A DNA stretch of 64,000 bases from an uncultured virus (IMG/VR IMGVR_UViG_2634166398_000002) (taxonomy: Duplodnaviria > Heunggongvirae > Uroviricota > Caudoviricetes). The stretch lies in the IMG/VR virus record IMGVR_UViG_2634166398_000002. The stretch is one strand, 5' to 3'. Both the position numbers and the translations under genes were made by a program. Below are positions 1-9,905 of the stretch, in pieces; within the stretch, counting starts at the first letter, position 1; each line of letters opens with the position of its first letter. Under the pieces are notes generated by a model that did not search any database, was not told the DNA's origin, and worked only from the letters and a program-made list of their open reading frames with translations.

Positions 1-920
1 CTAACCCTCTTGAACCCTTGTCACATCAAGGTTTTTTTTCGTTTTAGGAATCATATTATAAATAATATTCAAAAGGACGGCGGTAAAGCTTCCGGCGACG
101 ATTCCGTTTGTGGTCAGCAGATTTAAGTAAGACGGCAGGTGCTTAAACATATCGGGAACGACGGTTACACCGAGTCCCAATCCGACCGAACACGCGACGA
201 TCAGAAGGTTTTCCTGCTTTTTAAAGTCAATTTGACTGAGCATTTTAATGCCGTAGGAAATGACCATGCCGAACATGGCCACCATCGCGCCTCCCAGTAC
301 CGAAGACGGGATGATGGTCGTGAAGGCTGCGATTTTCGGAAAAAGGCCGAAGAGCATTAAAAGTGCGCCCGTGACACCGATAACCGCGTTTTTCTTAATT
401 CCTGTCAGTTGCACGAGGCCGACGTTTTGGGAATAAGCCGTGTACGGAAAAGCATTAAAAATGCCGCTGATGAATACCGCCAGGCCTTCCGCACGGTAGC
501 CTTTTGCTAAATCACGTTCAGACAGGCGCCGGTTTGTCAGGTCACCGAGAGCGAAATAGACGCCGGTTGACTCAACAAGGCTGACAATGGCAACGATGGA
601 CATCGTAATAATCGGTGCCGCATGAAATGTCGGCGTCCCGAAGTAAAACGGTTTAATCATTTGAATGGCATCAGCATTCGCCACATTGTCAAATTGCACT
701 TTTCCCATAAAATATGCGATGGCCGTCCCGATGACAATGCCGATTAAAATCGAAATGGATTTCAAAAATCCTTTTGTAAACCGATAAAGCAGCACGATGA
801 TGACGAGCACCGTAAATCCGAGGGCAAGGTTAGCCGGATCACCGAAATCCTCGCTGCCTTCCCCGCCGGCAATATGATTCATCGCGACCGGCATCAAGGT
901 CATCCCGATAATCGTCACAA
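1..920 (-). pseudogene. pbuX: 3' part of xanthine permease (NCS2 family) interrupted by prophage insertion
   Basis: Protein VTIIGMTLMPVAM...YSQNVGLVQLTG...GGAMVAMFG matches the C-terminal ~70% of B. subtilis PbuX, including the NCS2 signature. Similarity stops abruptly at VTIIG and the DNA becomes much more AT-rich after ~921. Confidence 0.9.
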
Positions 921-945
921 GCATTATAGTTTAAGTACAACAAAA
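905..945. other. Prophage attachment junction in pbuX; probable crossover at AA 919-920
   Basis: Host reading frame ...GTG ACG ATT ATC is preceded by foreign sequence (ATG CTT) where SV-VTII is expected. Exact crossover is inferred. Confidence 0.65.
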
Positions 946-972
946 AAAGAGCCGGCTTAATGGCTCTTTTTT
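942..972. terminator. Intrinsic terminator at prophage end
   Basis: AAAAAAAGAGCC-ggcttaat-GGCTCTTTTTT hairpin with T-tracts on both strands. Confidence 0.75.
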
Positions 973-1121
973 GTTGCTAATAAATTAGACATTACTTCAT
1001 TCACTTTTAGATTCACTTTCTTAATTGCATCGGCCGATGGTTGATTCATGCTTTCAATCGTTATACGATATTTTTCTATTTCAAACGATTGCTTTGACGA
1101 TGATTTAACGAATTCACTCAT
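957..1121 (-). CDS. 54-aa protein, candidate recombination directionality factor (SprB/YotN positional equivalent)
   Basis: MSEFVKSSSKQSFEIEKYRITIESMNQPSADAIKKVNLKVNEVMSNLLATKKSH. ATGA-coupled to the yotM stop and last gene before att. Not in the ORF track. Confidence 0.6.
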   Translation of the reverse strand: MSEFVKSSSKQSFEIEKYRITIESMNQPSADAIKKVNLKVNEVMSNLLATKKSH

Positions 1122-1672
1122 ACAGCGCTCACACTCTGCTGTTCTTTTTTAATCAAATCATCGCAAAGCTTGTTCAAGTAATATGTATAGTTAACTTTTT
1201 TCTTCATCGCACGGACTTCTGTGCCGATCTCTTCGCAAATTGCAATTGGAATGCTGGATTTGTTTACTTTATTCCTATATGTATTTGCTAACTTATTTTC
1301 AGCTATGTTCTTATATGTAAGGAAATCATTAATATGTACGAAATAAACTTTGTTTTGTGGCTCTCTAAATTGAAACAGAAAACCAGGAATTATGTTTGGA
1401 TACTGCGTTGCCTCTTTTAAGTGTTTAATCTGTTGTGGCTTGATGATCTTTTCACTGAAAGATATAGACTTGTTCTTTGTTGATTTAAGTTCAAAAGGAA
1501 AAAGATAACCTTTAAAGTGCAGGAAGCAATCGTATTTGTTTTTTGATACAGCTGCTCCCCTTTTCAAAAACATTGGGTTAACATCTTTAATTCTATAGAA
1601 GAACAGCTTTTGATCTGCAGCTGATTTTTCTATATTTGCTTCAAAAACCTTGCCTTGGTTTGTACCTCCCAA
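1118..1672 (-). CDS. yotM: RecU-like Holliday junction resolvase
   Basis: GKVFE...YDCF...FELKST...IKPQQIKHL PD-(D/E)XK RecU-type motifs; synteny. Confidence 0.8.
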   Translation of the reverse strand: MGGTNQGKVFEANIEKSAADQKLFFYRIKDVNPMFLKRGAAVSKNKYDCFLHFKGYLFPFELKSTKNKSISFSEKIIKPQQIKHLKEATQYPNIIPGFLFQFREPQNKVYFVHINDFLTYKNIAENKLANTYRNKVNKSSIPIAICEEIGTEVRAMKKKVNYTYYLNKLCDDLIKKEQQSVSAV

Positions 1673-1769
1673 TCAATCACTCTCCTAAAATATTGAAACT
1701 AAAATTGAAATTAGAATAAACCTTTGCTACACTGTTTAATGTTAATTAATATCGAAAGAAGTGTACGAA

Positions 1770-2009
1770 ATGAAGCAATGGACACCCCTTCGCCCTCGTT
1801 TAAATGAATTAATGTTTGAATATGGCCTCACAGTTGATGACCTTTTCAAACGTACAGGATACCCCAGACAACGTATCCACGATTATATAAGTGGAGCTAA
1901 AGCAAACATGAACTTGGCTACGGGCATGACTTTTGCTGATGCCATTGGTTGCTCAATTGAAGAGTTGTACGAATGGAACCACGAAGAAAGAAGAAAAGTT
2001 AAATCTTAA
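1770..2009 (+). CDS. yotL: XRE-family HTH regulator
   Basis: HTH pattern ending IGCSIEELYEW; divergent from yotM as in SPbeta. Confidence 0.8.
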   Translation: MKQWTPLRPRLNELMFEYGLTVDDLFKRTGYPRQRIHDYISGAKANMNLATGMTFADAIGCSIEELYEWNHEERRKVKS

Positions 2010-2190
2010 TCCCTTTCCGAGCCCATCTGATTTCCTGTATCAATTCTTCATTGTTATCTGAAAGGTTGATTAGATTACGGTGGGCTCTTTCGTAATCTTT
2101 GTTCTTGATAGCTTCTTTCACCGTGCCCAATTGTCTTTCCATTTTGTTGAACAGTATTTGAATTGTTTTATGTTCTTCAGCTATTACCAT
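1999..2190 (-). CDS. yotK: Small phage protein
   Basis: 63-aa helical ORF in the yotK position. Confidence 0.55.
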   Translation of the reverse strand: MVIAEEHKTIQILFNKMERQLGTVKEAIKNKDYERAHRNLINLSDNNEELIQEIRWARKGIKI

Positions 2191-2233
2191 CCACCTCTAA
2201 TTCTCTTATTTTATTTTTATCCTAAAATTAGTC

Positions 2234-2686
2234 TTAATCTAACTTGTAAATTGTCACATCGTAGTCCTCGAATATGGATTCGATCATTTTGTTTACCTCA
2301 TTCCAATTTCCACCCGCCAAACCGCACCCGATTCCATAAGGCAAGGCAATGGATCTTCTATTTGTCATAGCTGAGGTTTTTATTAGCTCTAAGCCACACT
2401 TTAAAGCTTCATAGTCGGTGAACACCCTTCCTCTTCCATAAGAGAGTTGTCCAAAGATATGGGCTATAATCTTTCCATCGCGCTCTTTTACTTCTCGAAC
2501 CTTTCCCAACAGGTCAGGCTTGTACACTACGTTGTCGCACATGTATTTATAAACTCTGTATGCAGATGGATACTTTTCTTTGATTTGCTTCGCCAATCCA
2601 GCCCCCATAACTCCTTGACAATTTACTTGATGACAAATGATATCTTCAGATGCACTGAGAATATTGCCATTGATAATTTTGATCAT
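2234..2686 (-). CDS. Macrodomain protein (ADP-ribose processing; Poa1p/TARG1/DarG-like)
   Basis: GNIL...HQVNCQGVMGAGLAKQIK and IALPYGIGCGLAGGNW macrodomain motifs. Confidence 0.85.
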   Translation of the reverse strand: MIKIINGNILSASEDIICHQVNCQGVMGAGLAKQIKEKYPSAYRVYKYMCDNVVYKPDLLGKVREVKERDGKIIAHIFGQLSYGRGRVFTDYEALKCGLELIKTSAMTNRRSIALPYGIGCGLAGGNWNEVNKMIESIFEDYDVTIYKLD

Positions 2687-3433
2687 TTAATTGACCCCCA
2701 GTAATAACCCTAGTTGGCTTTTTAAAGCTCTTAGCTCATCTTCTAATTTATTCACTCTATGTTCTAATGCATTTTTATGTAAATGTTCTCCTTTAGCAAC
2801 AGCTGTCTCTAATTCTTTACTGAGACGCTTTTTTAGTGGCAGTTTGTTATTCCAATTGTTGTACCATCTGTTGCTGATAAATCTAGTTTCAATACCTAGA
2901 ATATCCGACAAATTTTCATGTAAGCTTTTTAATGTTTTCCCTTCCTGAAGACCACGTTCTGTGTAATCGAAAACTAAGTCTTCAAGTTCTTGACTCCATT
3001 CAATACTTGTAATGTTATTGTTTCTTGAATAACGAACAACGGGAAGGTTTTTATTATGCACTGCTTTTCTTATTTGAACTGCAATAGCAGAATCTTTTAA
3101 TAATAAGCCAATTCTCAGAACTGCTGTCGGAGAAAAGATTTCTAATGAATGAGAACTGTCCTCATATTCACTTCTGTCTGATAAATATGCTTGCTTAAAT
3201 GCGTTTAAACCCTTGCCAGTTAATACTTCTAATCCATTTTCTTGTAATTCACGCTTGTAGATTTTCACCATTGTTTTAATTTCATAATCTTTGACCTCAA
3301 AGTAATCAGCGACCATGCTTCTTGTCATGCTTTCCCCATCTTCTAAAAATGCCAAATCTTTAACTTTAGTTAGAATGTTAACTTCTGCTCCGTATTTATC
3401 TCGTTCTTTCTTTGTTTTAAATGGTACGTACAT
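2687..3433 (-). CDS. Putative DNA-binding protein: phage antirepressor-like N-terminus plus RsfA/Myb-like domain
   Basis: AVLRIGLLLKDSAIAVQIR motif; WSQELEDLV...GKTLKSLHENLS...SNRWYN; C-terminal coiled coil. Confidence 0.5.
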   Translation of the reverse strand: MYVPFKTKKERDKYGAEVNILTKVKDLAFLEDGESMTRSMVADYFEVKDYEIKTMVKIYKRELQENGLEVLTGKGLNAFKQAYLSDRSEYEDSSHSLEIFSPTAVLRIGLLLKDSAIAVQIRKAVHNKNLPVVRYSRNNNITSIEWSQELEDLVFDYTERGLQEGKTLKSLHENLSDILGIETRFISNRWYNNWNNKLPLKKRLSKELETAVAKGEHLHKNALEHRVNKLEDELRALKSQLGLLLGVN

Positions 3434-3482
3434 CCTTACACTCCTTTTTTCTTCTATATAAAAGACCGATTTTATCTAATGT

Positions 3483-3835
3483 TCACTTCACTTTATTTGA
3501 GTCAAAAGACAAGTGTACCCGTATCCAATAAAGCGCATCGCTTGCTTCATAAAAATCACCTTTAAAGAAATTCTTCACTACATTCTTTAATAAGAAGAAA
3601 ATATGTCTCCAGTCGTCATACTTAAAACTCATAATCCTTTTTATCATTGAAATAACCCTCCCCAAATCACTCCTGCTGCAATAGCAACAATGAATACTGA
3701 AACAAATTTCATAAGTACGAAGAATTTTATGTGCTTTGTTTCGTCCTCAGTTAGATCAAAATCTGATAAAGCAAAAAAACCAAACACAATTAATAATATC
3801 CAAGCTGTAACAATCAGGTCGTTTCCTCCAATCAT
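3483..3835 (-). CDS. Two small hypothetical ORFs (3483-3665; 3644-3835 membrane peptide)
   Basis: Overlapping, co-oriented small ORFs; the second is hydrophobic. Confidence 0.5.
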
Positions 3836-4245
3836 GTTTTATTGTGGCAGATATTAATATATTCCTGCAGGCTATTAACTGTTGAAATAATACACCCTCG
3901 AACCTCTTCTGGATCTACAAAGTCCATTTCATTTTGTAGAACAAATTCATCAAACTCAATCATGACAAGAAAGCGATCGTCATTGGGCAGCTTATTAAAG
4001 TTAATATTCCTTAATCTTGGAATGCCCTTTTCCTTAATCCATTCAAGGAAGGGATAATCAGCATCGTTCTTTGACGCTGCGATTTTTAAAAACTCATGAA
4101 TATCAGAAGAGTTTTCAATATTGAAATAAATGTGAAGACTCTCCTTCATGAGATCAAATAATCGCAATAGAGCTTCATCAATTTTATTGTCTGTTTTAGT
4201 CTTGAAGTTTATATCAAACCACTTTGAAGAGTTTTCATTATTCAT
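3832..4245 (-). CDS. Hypothetical phage protein
   Basis: 137-aa ORF with GGAGG RBS, coupled to neighbours. Confidence 0.6.
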   Translation of the reverse strand: MNNENSSKWFDINFKTKTDNKIDEALLRLFDLMKESLHIYFNIENSSDIHEFLKIAASKNDADYPFLEWIKEKGIPRLRNINFNKLPNDDRFLVMIEFDEFVLQNEMDFVDPEEVRGCIISTVNSLQEYINICHNKT

Positions 4246-4680
4246 TTAATCCCTCCAAGAATCATGTTTTTCAATAACAGTCAGTCCATCCCTATTTCTC
4301 TTAGTGTTTTGTTTTGCTAATTTTAATAGTGCATTGCTAGACTGTTTGTCATTAAAGACCTCTTCAAGGTTTAATAAACGCGTCCTTTGCTCCTTTGTCA
4401 TTGCTTGAGTATGTAAGTCAGTAACCTTCTTGTTGTTAGCTACTTTTCTAAATTCGTAGTATTTGGGTGGATTATAAGACTTAAACCATTTTTCAACTTT
4501 AAACGGTGACAATTGTCCAAAGCCAAACTTGATTAGTGCTACCTTTTTGCTTTCCGGATGATTCATTATTTGTTCATATATAGTCGAAGGTTCGGTTAGT
4601 TCACTAGACACTTTGAAACCCTCAATTAGAGAACCGTTATTAAAATGAATATTTACCTTTGTACCTGATCCATTATCCAT
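4246..4680 (-). CDS. Hypothetical phage protein
   Basis: 144-aa ORF in operon. Confidence 0.6.
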   Translation of the reverse strand: MDNGSGTKVNIHFNNGSLIEGFKVSSELTEPSTIYEQIMNHPESKKVALIKFGFGQLSPFKVEKWFKSYNPPKYYEFRKVANNKKVTDLHTQAMTKEQRTRLLNLEEVFNDKQSSNALLKLAKQNTKRNRDGLTVIEKHDSWRD

Positions 4681-4878
4681 GACTGGTTAACCCCCTTAAG
4701 CGTTCGACTTCAGCGACCAACCATTCTGCATAACTTATGTGAATTTTCATCACCTTGGTCGATCCAGCTTGCCGAGACATCACTTCAACGAATTGCTTAA
4801 TTTCTTCAAATTCAATTTCTTTCATTGAGATTTATCCCTTCTAAATGAAATCAACATTTTATGTAGTTTTAAAACTGA

Positions 4879-5499
4879 TTATCCGTTTTTAATTGGTGAA
4901 ATAAGCGTCAATAAGTTCGTGCTATTTTCTGGGGTAATGGTAAACGGTCGAAATGATCCGTAATGACGAAGCTTTATTTTATCTATCTTACATGTCTTAA
5001 AAAGGTTAAGGGCATCTATTATATACTGAGTTCCAAATACTAAATGAACATCTTCGTTTCCCTTAGAATACCCACTTTTAAACCTAGAAGACATAAGAGA
5101 ATTCTCAGCAAAGATCGTAGGAATATTGCCTCCATCCACATTCAACTCAACATATGCCTGTTTGTTTTTGTCTACTTGATTACATTTAAGTAATGCATTC
5201 ATCCCCGACAAAAGTTCTTTTGTTTCAAAAGTGATTTCCGCACTAGCATTGTTAATATCAGGGATTAAATGATCAATAGTAGGATAAGTTCCGTCAACCT
5301 GATCCCCTGTTTTGGGATCTAACACCATAGGATCTTTACCGGGAACCGCGCTTTTGGCAAAGTACAAACGATGCATATCTGTAACTATCAGATTTCCATC
5401 TTCAGAGTGATAAACTCCTTTCAATACTGGACGCCAATCTGGAACACTTTTCGTCACCTTTTCTGCATGCTTCATAAAAGTTGTGTATGAAATTTTCAT
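4879..5499 (-). CDS. Two-domain DNA polymerase III beta-clamp-like protein
   Basis: RPVLKGV, TDMHRL, YP and YIIDAL...RPF...LISPI match DnaN domains II-III; only 206 aa. Confidence 0.7.
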   Translation of the reverse strand: MKISYTTFMKHAEKVTKSVPDWRPVLKGVYHSEDGNLIVTDMHRLYFAKSAVPGKDPMVLDPKTGDQVDGTYPTIDHLIPDINNASAEITFETKELLSGMNALLKCNQVDKNKQAYVELNVDGGNIPTIFAENSLMSSRFKSGYSKGNEDVHLVFGTQYIIDALNLFKTCKIDKIKLRHYGSFRPFTITPENSTNLLTLISPIKNG

Positions 5500-5659
5500 T
5501 TTTATATTTCCTCCTCAATAAAATTAGAAAGGCTCTTTGCTACTCTAGTAAATATCTATCTCTTCAATATCATTTTCTTAGCATTTTGGACAATCAAAAT
5601 CAGTTTCATCACCAGTCGAAGCATAGTCACAATCATTGCATTGTCCATATGACACGGTT

Positions 5660-5899
5660 TCACTTTTCAAAGTCATCAAGATCGATTCCATAAATGCTCT
5701 TAACCCAATTTTTAATTATGCTATCCCACCCTCCAAGCAAACCATTCCACGCTAGAACATCTCTAAACACTTCTGATTTCGACATTTTTAGAATTTCTTT
5801 ATCCATGGAGTCGTCTTCCTTGTCTAAGCCTTCTCTCTGTCTTACATACTGAATAATGCTAATTGGGTACTTTTCTTCTAACAGCTTTGTGTAATCCAT
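5660..5899 (-). CDS. Hypothetical phage protein
   Basis: 79-aa ORF with RBS. Confidence 0.55.
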   Translation of the reverse strand: MDYTKLLEEKYPISIIQYVRQREGLDKEDDSMDKEILKMSKSEVFRDVLAWNGLLGGWDSIIKNWVKSIYGIDLDDFEK

Positions 5900-5941
5900 T
5901 ATTCATTTCCCTTTCTCTGGATAAAATAGAAAATAAACATT

Positions 5942-6301
5942 TTATTTTGAGACGTATTCGCAACACCCATCCGATACCTTTTTCAATAAATATCTCTGTC
6001 CCCAAATACCCCATGTATCCCTATCTCCTGTATGCCAGCCGCCGTACTCTGTAGGGTGATGATCAAAGAACAACATGTTTTCTTCTTCTTTTGTCAACTC
6101 AACTAAAGGAAAGCAAAATCCTTTAGGGAATGAATTTAACACCTCTCCTAGTGTTTCATATTCAGGATGCAAAGGGCGTGCATGGGAGGGTACTTCTCCA
6201 AATTTGTTTACACCCAATGAATTATATGACCCATTAGGATTCTTATAAATAATCCATGATTCAACTCTATTTCGAATCTTCTTCTTTACTCTCTTATTCA
6301 A
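5942..6301 (-). CDS. Hypothetical phage protein
   Basis: 119-aa ORF with AAGGGGAG RBS; flanked by palindromic sites. Confidence 0.55.
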   Translation of the reverse strand: MNKRVKKKIRNRVESWIIYKNPNGSYNSLGVNKFGEVPSHARPLHPEYETLGEVLNSFPKGFCFPLVELTKEEENMLFFDHHPTEYGGWHTGDRDTWGIWGQRYLLKKVSDGCCEYVSK

Positions 6302-6345
6302 TTTAATCTCCCCTTTTCAATCACTCTAGATATTAAACCAGTATT

Positions 6346-6534
6346 TTAAGCAAACAAATCCCATCCACATTCCATCAACACTTCACCGCTGTCCACATGT
6401 CGCAAATCATAACCTCTTTCACCAATATCAATAATTTGGACTTTATCCCCCTTCTCCAACTCCACTGTAAAATTGCTAATATTCTCTTTTAAAGTTTTGA
6501 TATCGTTAATTTTTGGCTGTTCTATTCTCTTCAT
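6346..6534 (-). CDS. Small SH3-like hypothetical protein
   Basis: Start reassigned to MKRIEQ (RBS AGAGGGG). Confidence 0.5.
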   Translation of the reverse strand: MKRIEQPKINDIKTLKENISNFTVELEKGDKVQIIDIGERGYDLRHVDSGEVLMECGWDLFA

Positions 6535-6568
6535 ATTCAACCCCTCTCTTCTGTATAAAATTAGAATT

Positions 6569-7399
6569 TCATTTGATTTCAAATGTCTTCAGCTCAAACG
6601 TTTTATACGTATCAACTTGCTTACCTGGTATCTCATTTACTCTAGGATACATATCATAGTCATATGGATATCCAATGCAGTTCATGTGAAAGCTCGTTCC
6701 ATCTTTGTCAAACTCAGCTTGTAAATGATCATGACCACAAACCCAATGTTTTGCGTTAATGAACGGGACATCAACCATATAGCAGCTGTTAGGCTCAAAC
6801 GGAGAATAAGGATTGTGAACAGGTGGGACATGAGATACAAATACATCAATATCAGAGTTTTCAAGAGTGTCATACCAGTCCATTGATTCTTTCCACATTG
6901 CTCGTACCCCATCTTCTTTATTGTATCCATTTAGGCTGATATAGTTTGAATCATTAGAGACACCTTTGAAGAAGTTCCACCCTTCATTTCCTTTTGGAAG
7001 ATACCACATAACATCTCCTGCAAAGACTTTCCCTTTGTATGTATCCGTAGACTTTATTAATGGAGTGACATTTTTGATGTCTACAGCCTTCTGAATTAAA
7101 TCTTTTACCCTTCCCAATGAATCGGAATATTTTCGGCGCTGATTCTTACTGAGTAAATAAAGATCATGATTACCATATGTGAAGTAAACCTTTTCATACT
7201 GCTTTGCTACTTCATTCAGTACCCACAGTGTCTGTTGATTCCACTCAGTAAAGTCACCGGCAATGATTAATACCTCTCCATTTCCATTCGATATTAACCT
7301 TCTAACAATCTCCCTTGTTCGCTTTTCCCACTTGATTTGATTATTATTCCAAGGAATCCAGTGGTTAATATGCAGATCTGAAACATAATCGATTTTCAT
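6569..7399 (-). CDS. yotB: Calcineurin-like metallophosphoesterase
   Basis: SDLH, AGD, GNHD, SH.PP and GHDH motifs. Confidence 0.85.
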   Translation of the reverse strand: MKIDYVSDLHINHWIPWNNNQIKWEKRTREIVRRLISNGNGEVLIIAGDFTEWNQQTLWVLNEVAKQYEKVYFTYGNHDLYLLSKNQRRKYSDSLGRVKDLIQKAVDIKNVTPLIKSTDTYKGKVFAGDVMWYLPKGNEGWNFFKGVSNDSNYISLNGYNKEDGVRAMWKESMDWYDTLENSDIDVFVSHVPPVHNPYSPFEPNSCYMVDVPFINAKHWVCGHDHLQAEFDKDGTSFHMNCIGYPYDYDMYPRVNEIPGKQVDTYKTFELKTFEIK

Positions 7400-7557
7400 T
7401 TTATCCCCCTTCTTTGTTTAAGTACGTGTTAATTCATGCTCCATGACCAATTGACATTTAAATCCCCTCACTTTAAATTAATGTGTATATTTACAAAACA
7501 TCTCCACACAATACAATTGAACAAACTTGTTTACATACTACTTTAGGAGATGATCAA

Positions 7558-7770
7558 ATGGCTCAACAAAACAGATCAAACAACAGCAATGAATTACTTG
7601 TGCCTCAAGCTGCTGGTGCACTTGAACAAATGAAGTATGAAATTGCTTCTGAGTTCGGTGTGAACTTAGGGCCTGAGACAACTAGCCGAGCAAACGGCTC
7701 GGTAGGTGGAGAAATCACAAAACGTTTAGTTCGCCTAGCCCAACAAAGCATGAATGGCCAATTTCATTAA
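7558..7770 (+). CDS. sspC: Alpha/beta-type small acid-soluble spore protein
   Basis: [10 protein letters not shown]...[16 protein letters not shown] signature; AGGAGA RBS before ATG 7558. Confidence 0.95.
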   Translation: MAQQNRSNNSNELLVPQAAGALEQMKYEIASEFGVNLGPETTSRANGSVGGEITKRLVRLAQQSMNGQFH

Positions 7771-7776
7771 TGTACG

Positions 7777-7801
7777 AGGGGATTACTCCCCTCTCTTTTT
7801 A
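7777..7801 (+). terminator. sspC terminator
   Basis: GAGGGG-attact-CCCCTC followed by T-tract. Confidence 0.7.
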
Positions 7802-8190
7802 TGCTCCTCTTCCAAATCCATAAAGTACTACTGGCATTGTATTCACCTCCTTTAAAACAAATGTACTTCGTCTAACCAGCTCGTCTAAAACGATTTGAAG
7901 TTTTCTTCTTTGGTCTTTTATGTATGCATTGTTATCGGTACGCAATCCATCATTAATTCTATTTTGTATGTCTGTTTTCAGTCTCTCTAAGCTTTCAATT
8001 GGTAATTTTTCTAGACTAACTTTATATGATTGATTCATTTTAATAGCCCCCAGCAAAAACAAGTGAAATTATCAATAACCAAAAGACTGCTCCAGAAACA
8101 GCAAGAAAGCTTTTTGCAATACTCATAAACTCTTGAAAATCATTCTTCAACGACTCTTTCACTGCATCACCTTCTCTTTAAAATACAGAT

Positions 8191-8511
8191 TTAAAGCACC
8201 TCTTCACTCAACAACTCTATAAAAACACTGTTGCGTTCTTTGCGCTCCTCATCTTTTTTCTCAAGTTCTTTTTCCAGCTTGTTAATATGGTTTAACAAAG
8301 CTGGAATATCCTGATGGGCATTTGCAATAAATTCTGCATCTTCTTTAGTTACTGTTGCTGCTAAACCATCTTCAAGAGTAACTACCCAATAACGAAGGTT
8401 TTCATTCCCCGGCCATTCATGATGAATGTTTGCATTCCAAAATCCTTTAGTCGTTATTTCCGCACGCTGACGGATTTCTTCGAGTTGATATTTCGTTAGT
8501 TTTCCGCTCAT
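8191..8511 (-). CDS. Ead/Ea22-like phage protein
   Basis: LEEIRQRAE...DAEFIANAHQDIPALL pattern. Confidence 0.55.
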   Translation of the reverse strand: MSGKLTKYQLEEIRQRAEITTKGFWNANIHHEWPGNENLRYWVVTLEDGLAATVTKEDAEFIANAHQDIPALLNHINKLEKELEKKDEERKERNSVFIELLSEEVL

Positions 8512-9101
8512 CTTCCAGCCTCCTCATGTAATGCTTCGATTTCGTAGATAAGCCGCCAAACGTGATGATAAAGGTTTTTGGGTACGCCGAGCTTCAGCGC
8601 CGCTATTGATTCGTTTAATTCGTACGGTGTTGGTCGCTTCATCAAGCATTCACTCCTTCGATTTTGATTTCGAGAAGGCTCAGAGTTTCTTCTACCGCTT
8701 CAATCGCACTACGGAAATTACTTTCTTCCTCGTAGCTAAGTGCGCAATCCATATCAAAAACTAATGATCGGTGATACTCCCGCACCTTATCCTCTGCCTG
8801 TTTCTTCGTGCTTGTCGGGTTCATTTACTCGCCCTCCTCTAAGGTTGTTAATTCCCTTTTTAATTCGTGGAGCTCTTCGTAAAGATCATTGATCTCCGCT
8901 TCAGTCTGTCTAATATCCTCAATTATTTCGTCTTTCCTGCTCACTTTAGTACCTCCCTTAATTCTTTAATATATTAAACAACGTATAAACAGTAAGAAAT
9001 AAAAGTTGTATCCCCCATATCCACCAAAGCCATTCCAATCTGTATCTCCTCTCTCATACTAATAATGATGTACATATCTCATGTTTCTTTTGATATCGTT
9101 T

Positions 9102-9905
9102 TTATTCAGACTGCTCTGCCTCTTCGCGTGAGTCGTCGATAATCGTTAGATCGGCACTGTCTATGAAGTCGTAATATCCGCTGATGTATCGGAACTTGCC
9201 GTCCTCAATTTCTTTTATCTGCTCTTCGTAACTGTTGCCGAAAAGTCTACCTTCATACTGGTAATAGCTCTCTTCATACTTTCCGCGAACAACGTCGCCT
9301 ACACGAACCTCAGTCGGCTGCGGAGCGTTCAAGTATTCGTCCGGCACCGTAAAGCCTAGCGCACGTCTTATCGCGATTGCTTTACCGATATGAACATTGA
9401 AGCAGTCGTTCGGTGCGGCCTTGGCGATTCCTTTTTCTCGTAATTCACTACGAACACGCTGACTTTTTCCGAAGACCAGAGCGACAACGGTACGATTCTC
9501 TCGGTTAACAACGAACTCTACACGATTTGTACATTCCCGCATCGTATGATTACCGTAATAGACCGGGCATATCGAGCCAGCATCCTCTATCAGTTTCTCA
9601 ACGTCCGCCTTCGCCTGCTCAACGATTTCATCGCGGCGGGATTGTGCTCGATCTTTAATCGCCTCCTGTCCGTTCTTTGCGACTTTCTTCATTTCCTCGT
9701 TGCGGAGAAACGCAGTATATTCAATTGTCTTCGGAATCACCAGGACATCTTTTCGTTCGTTTGCGTAGGCTTTTACGAATGCTTCCGAATATGGTGCCCC
9801 GATTAGAATATCGCCGAACCTCGATTTGCTTCCGATATAATCCTCGCCTACCTTTTCGAATACTGTGCTCGCGCTATCAATAGCCGTTTGATTTACGTTT
9901 TCCAT
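9102..9905 (-). CDS. Hypothetical phage protein in a GC-richer patch
   Basis: 267-aa ORF containing APNDCFNVHIGKAIAIRRALG. Confidence 0.65.
   Translation of the reverse strand: MENVNQTAIDSASTVFEKVGEDYIGSKSRFGDILIGAPYSEAFVKAYANERKDVLVIPKTIEYTAFLRNEEMKKVAKNGQEAIKDRAQSRRDEIVEQAKADVEKLIEDAGSICPVYYGNHTMRECTNRVEFVVNRENRTVVALVFGKSQRVRSELREKGIAKAAPNDCFNVHIGKAIAIRRALGFTVPDEYLNAPQPTEVRVGDVVRGKYEESYYQYEGRLFGNSYEEQIKEIEDGKFRYISGYYDFIDSADLTIIDDSREEAEQSE

Noticed and set aside
1..924. 307-aa ORF as a complete permease gene
   Set aside because: Lacks the N-terminal part of PbuX; the ATG comes from phage DNA and has no RBS
922..940. TTGTAC...TATAAT on the minus strand as an outward promoter for truncated pbuX
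   Set aside because: Only 6 bp between the boxes, and TATAAT overlaps the ATG
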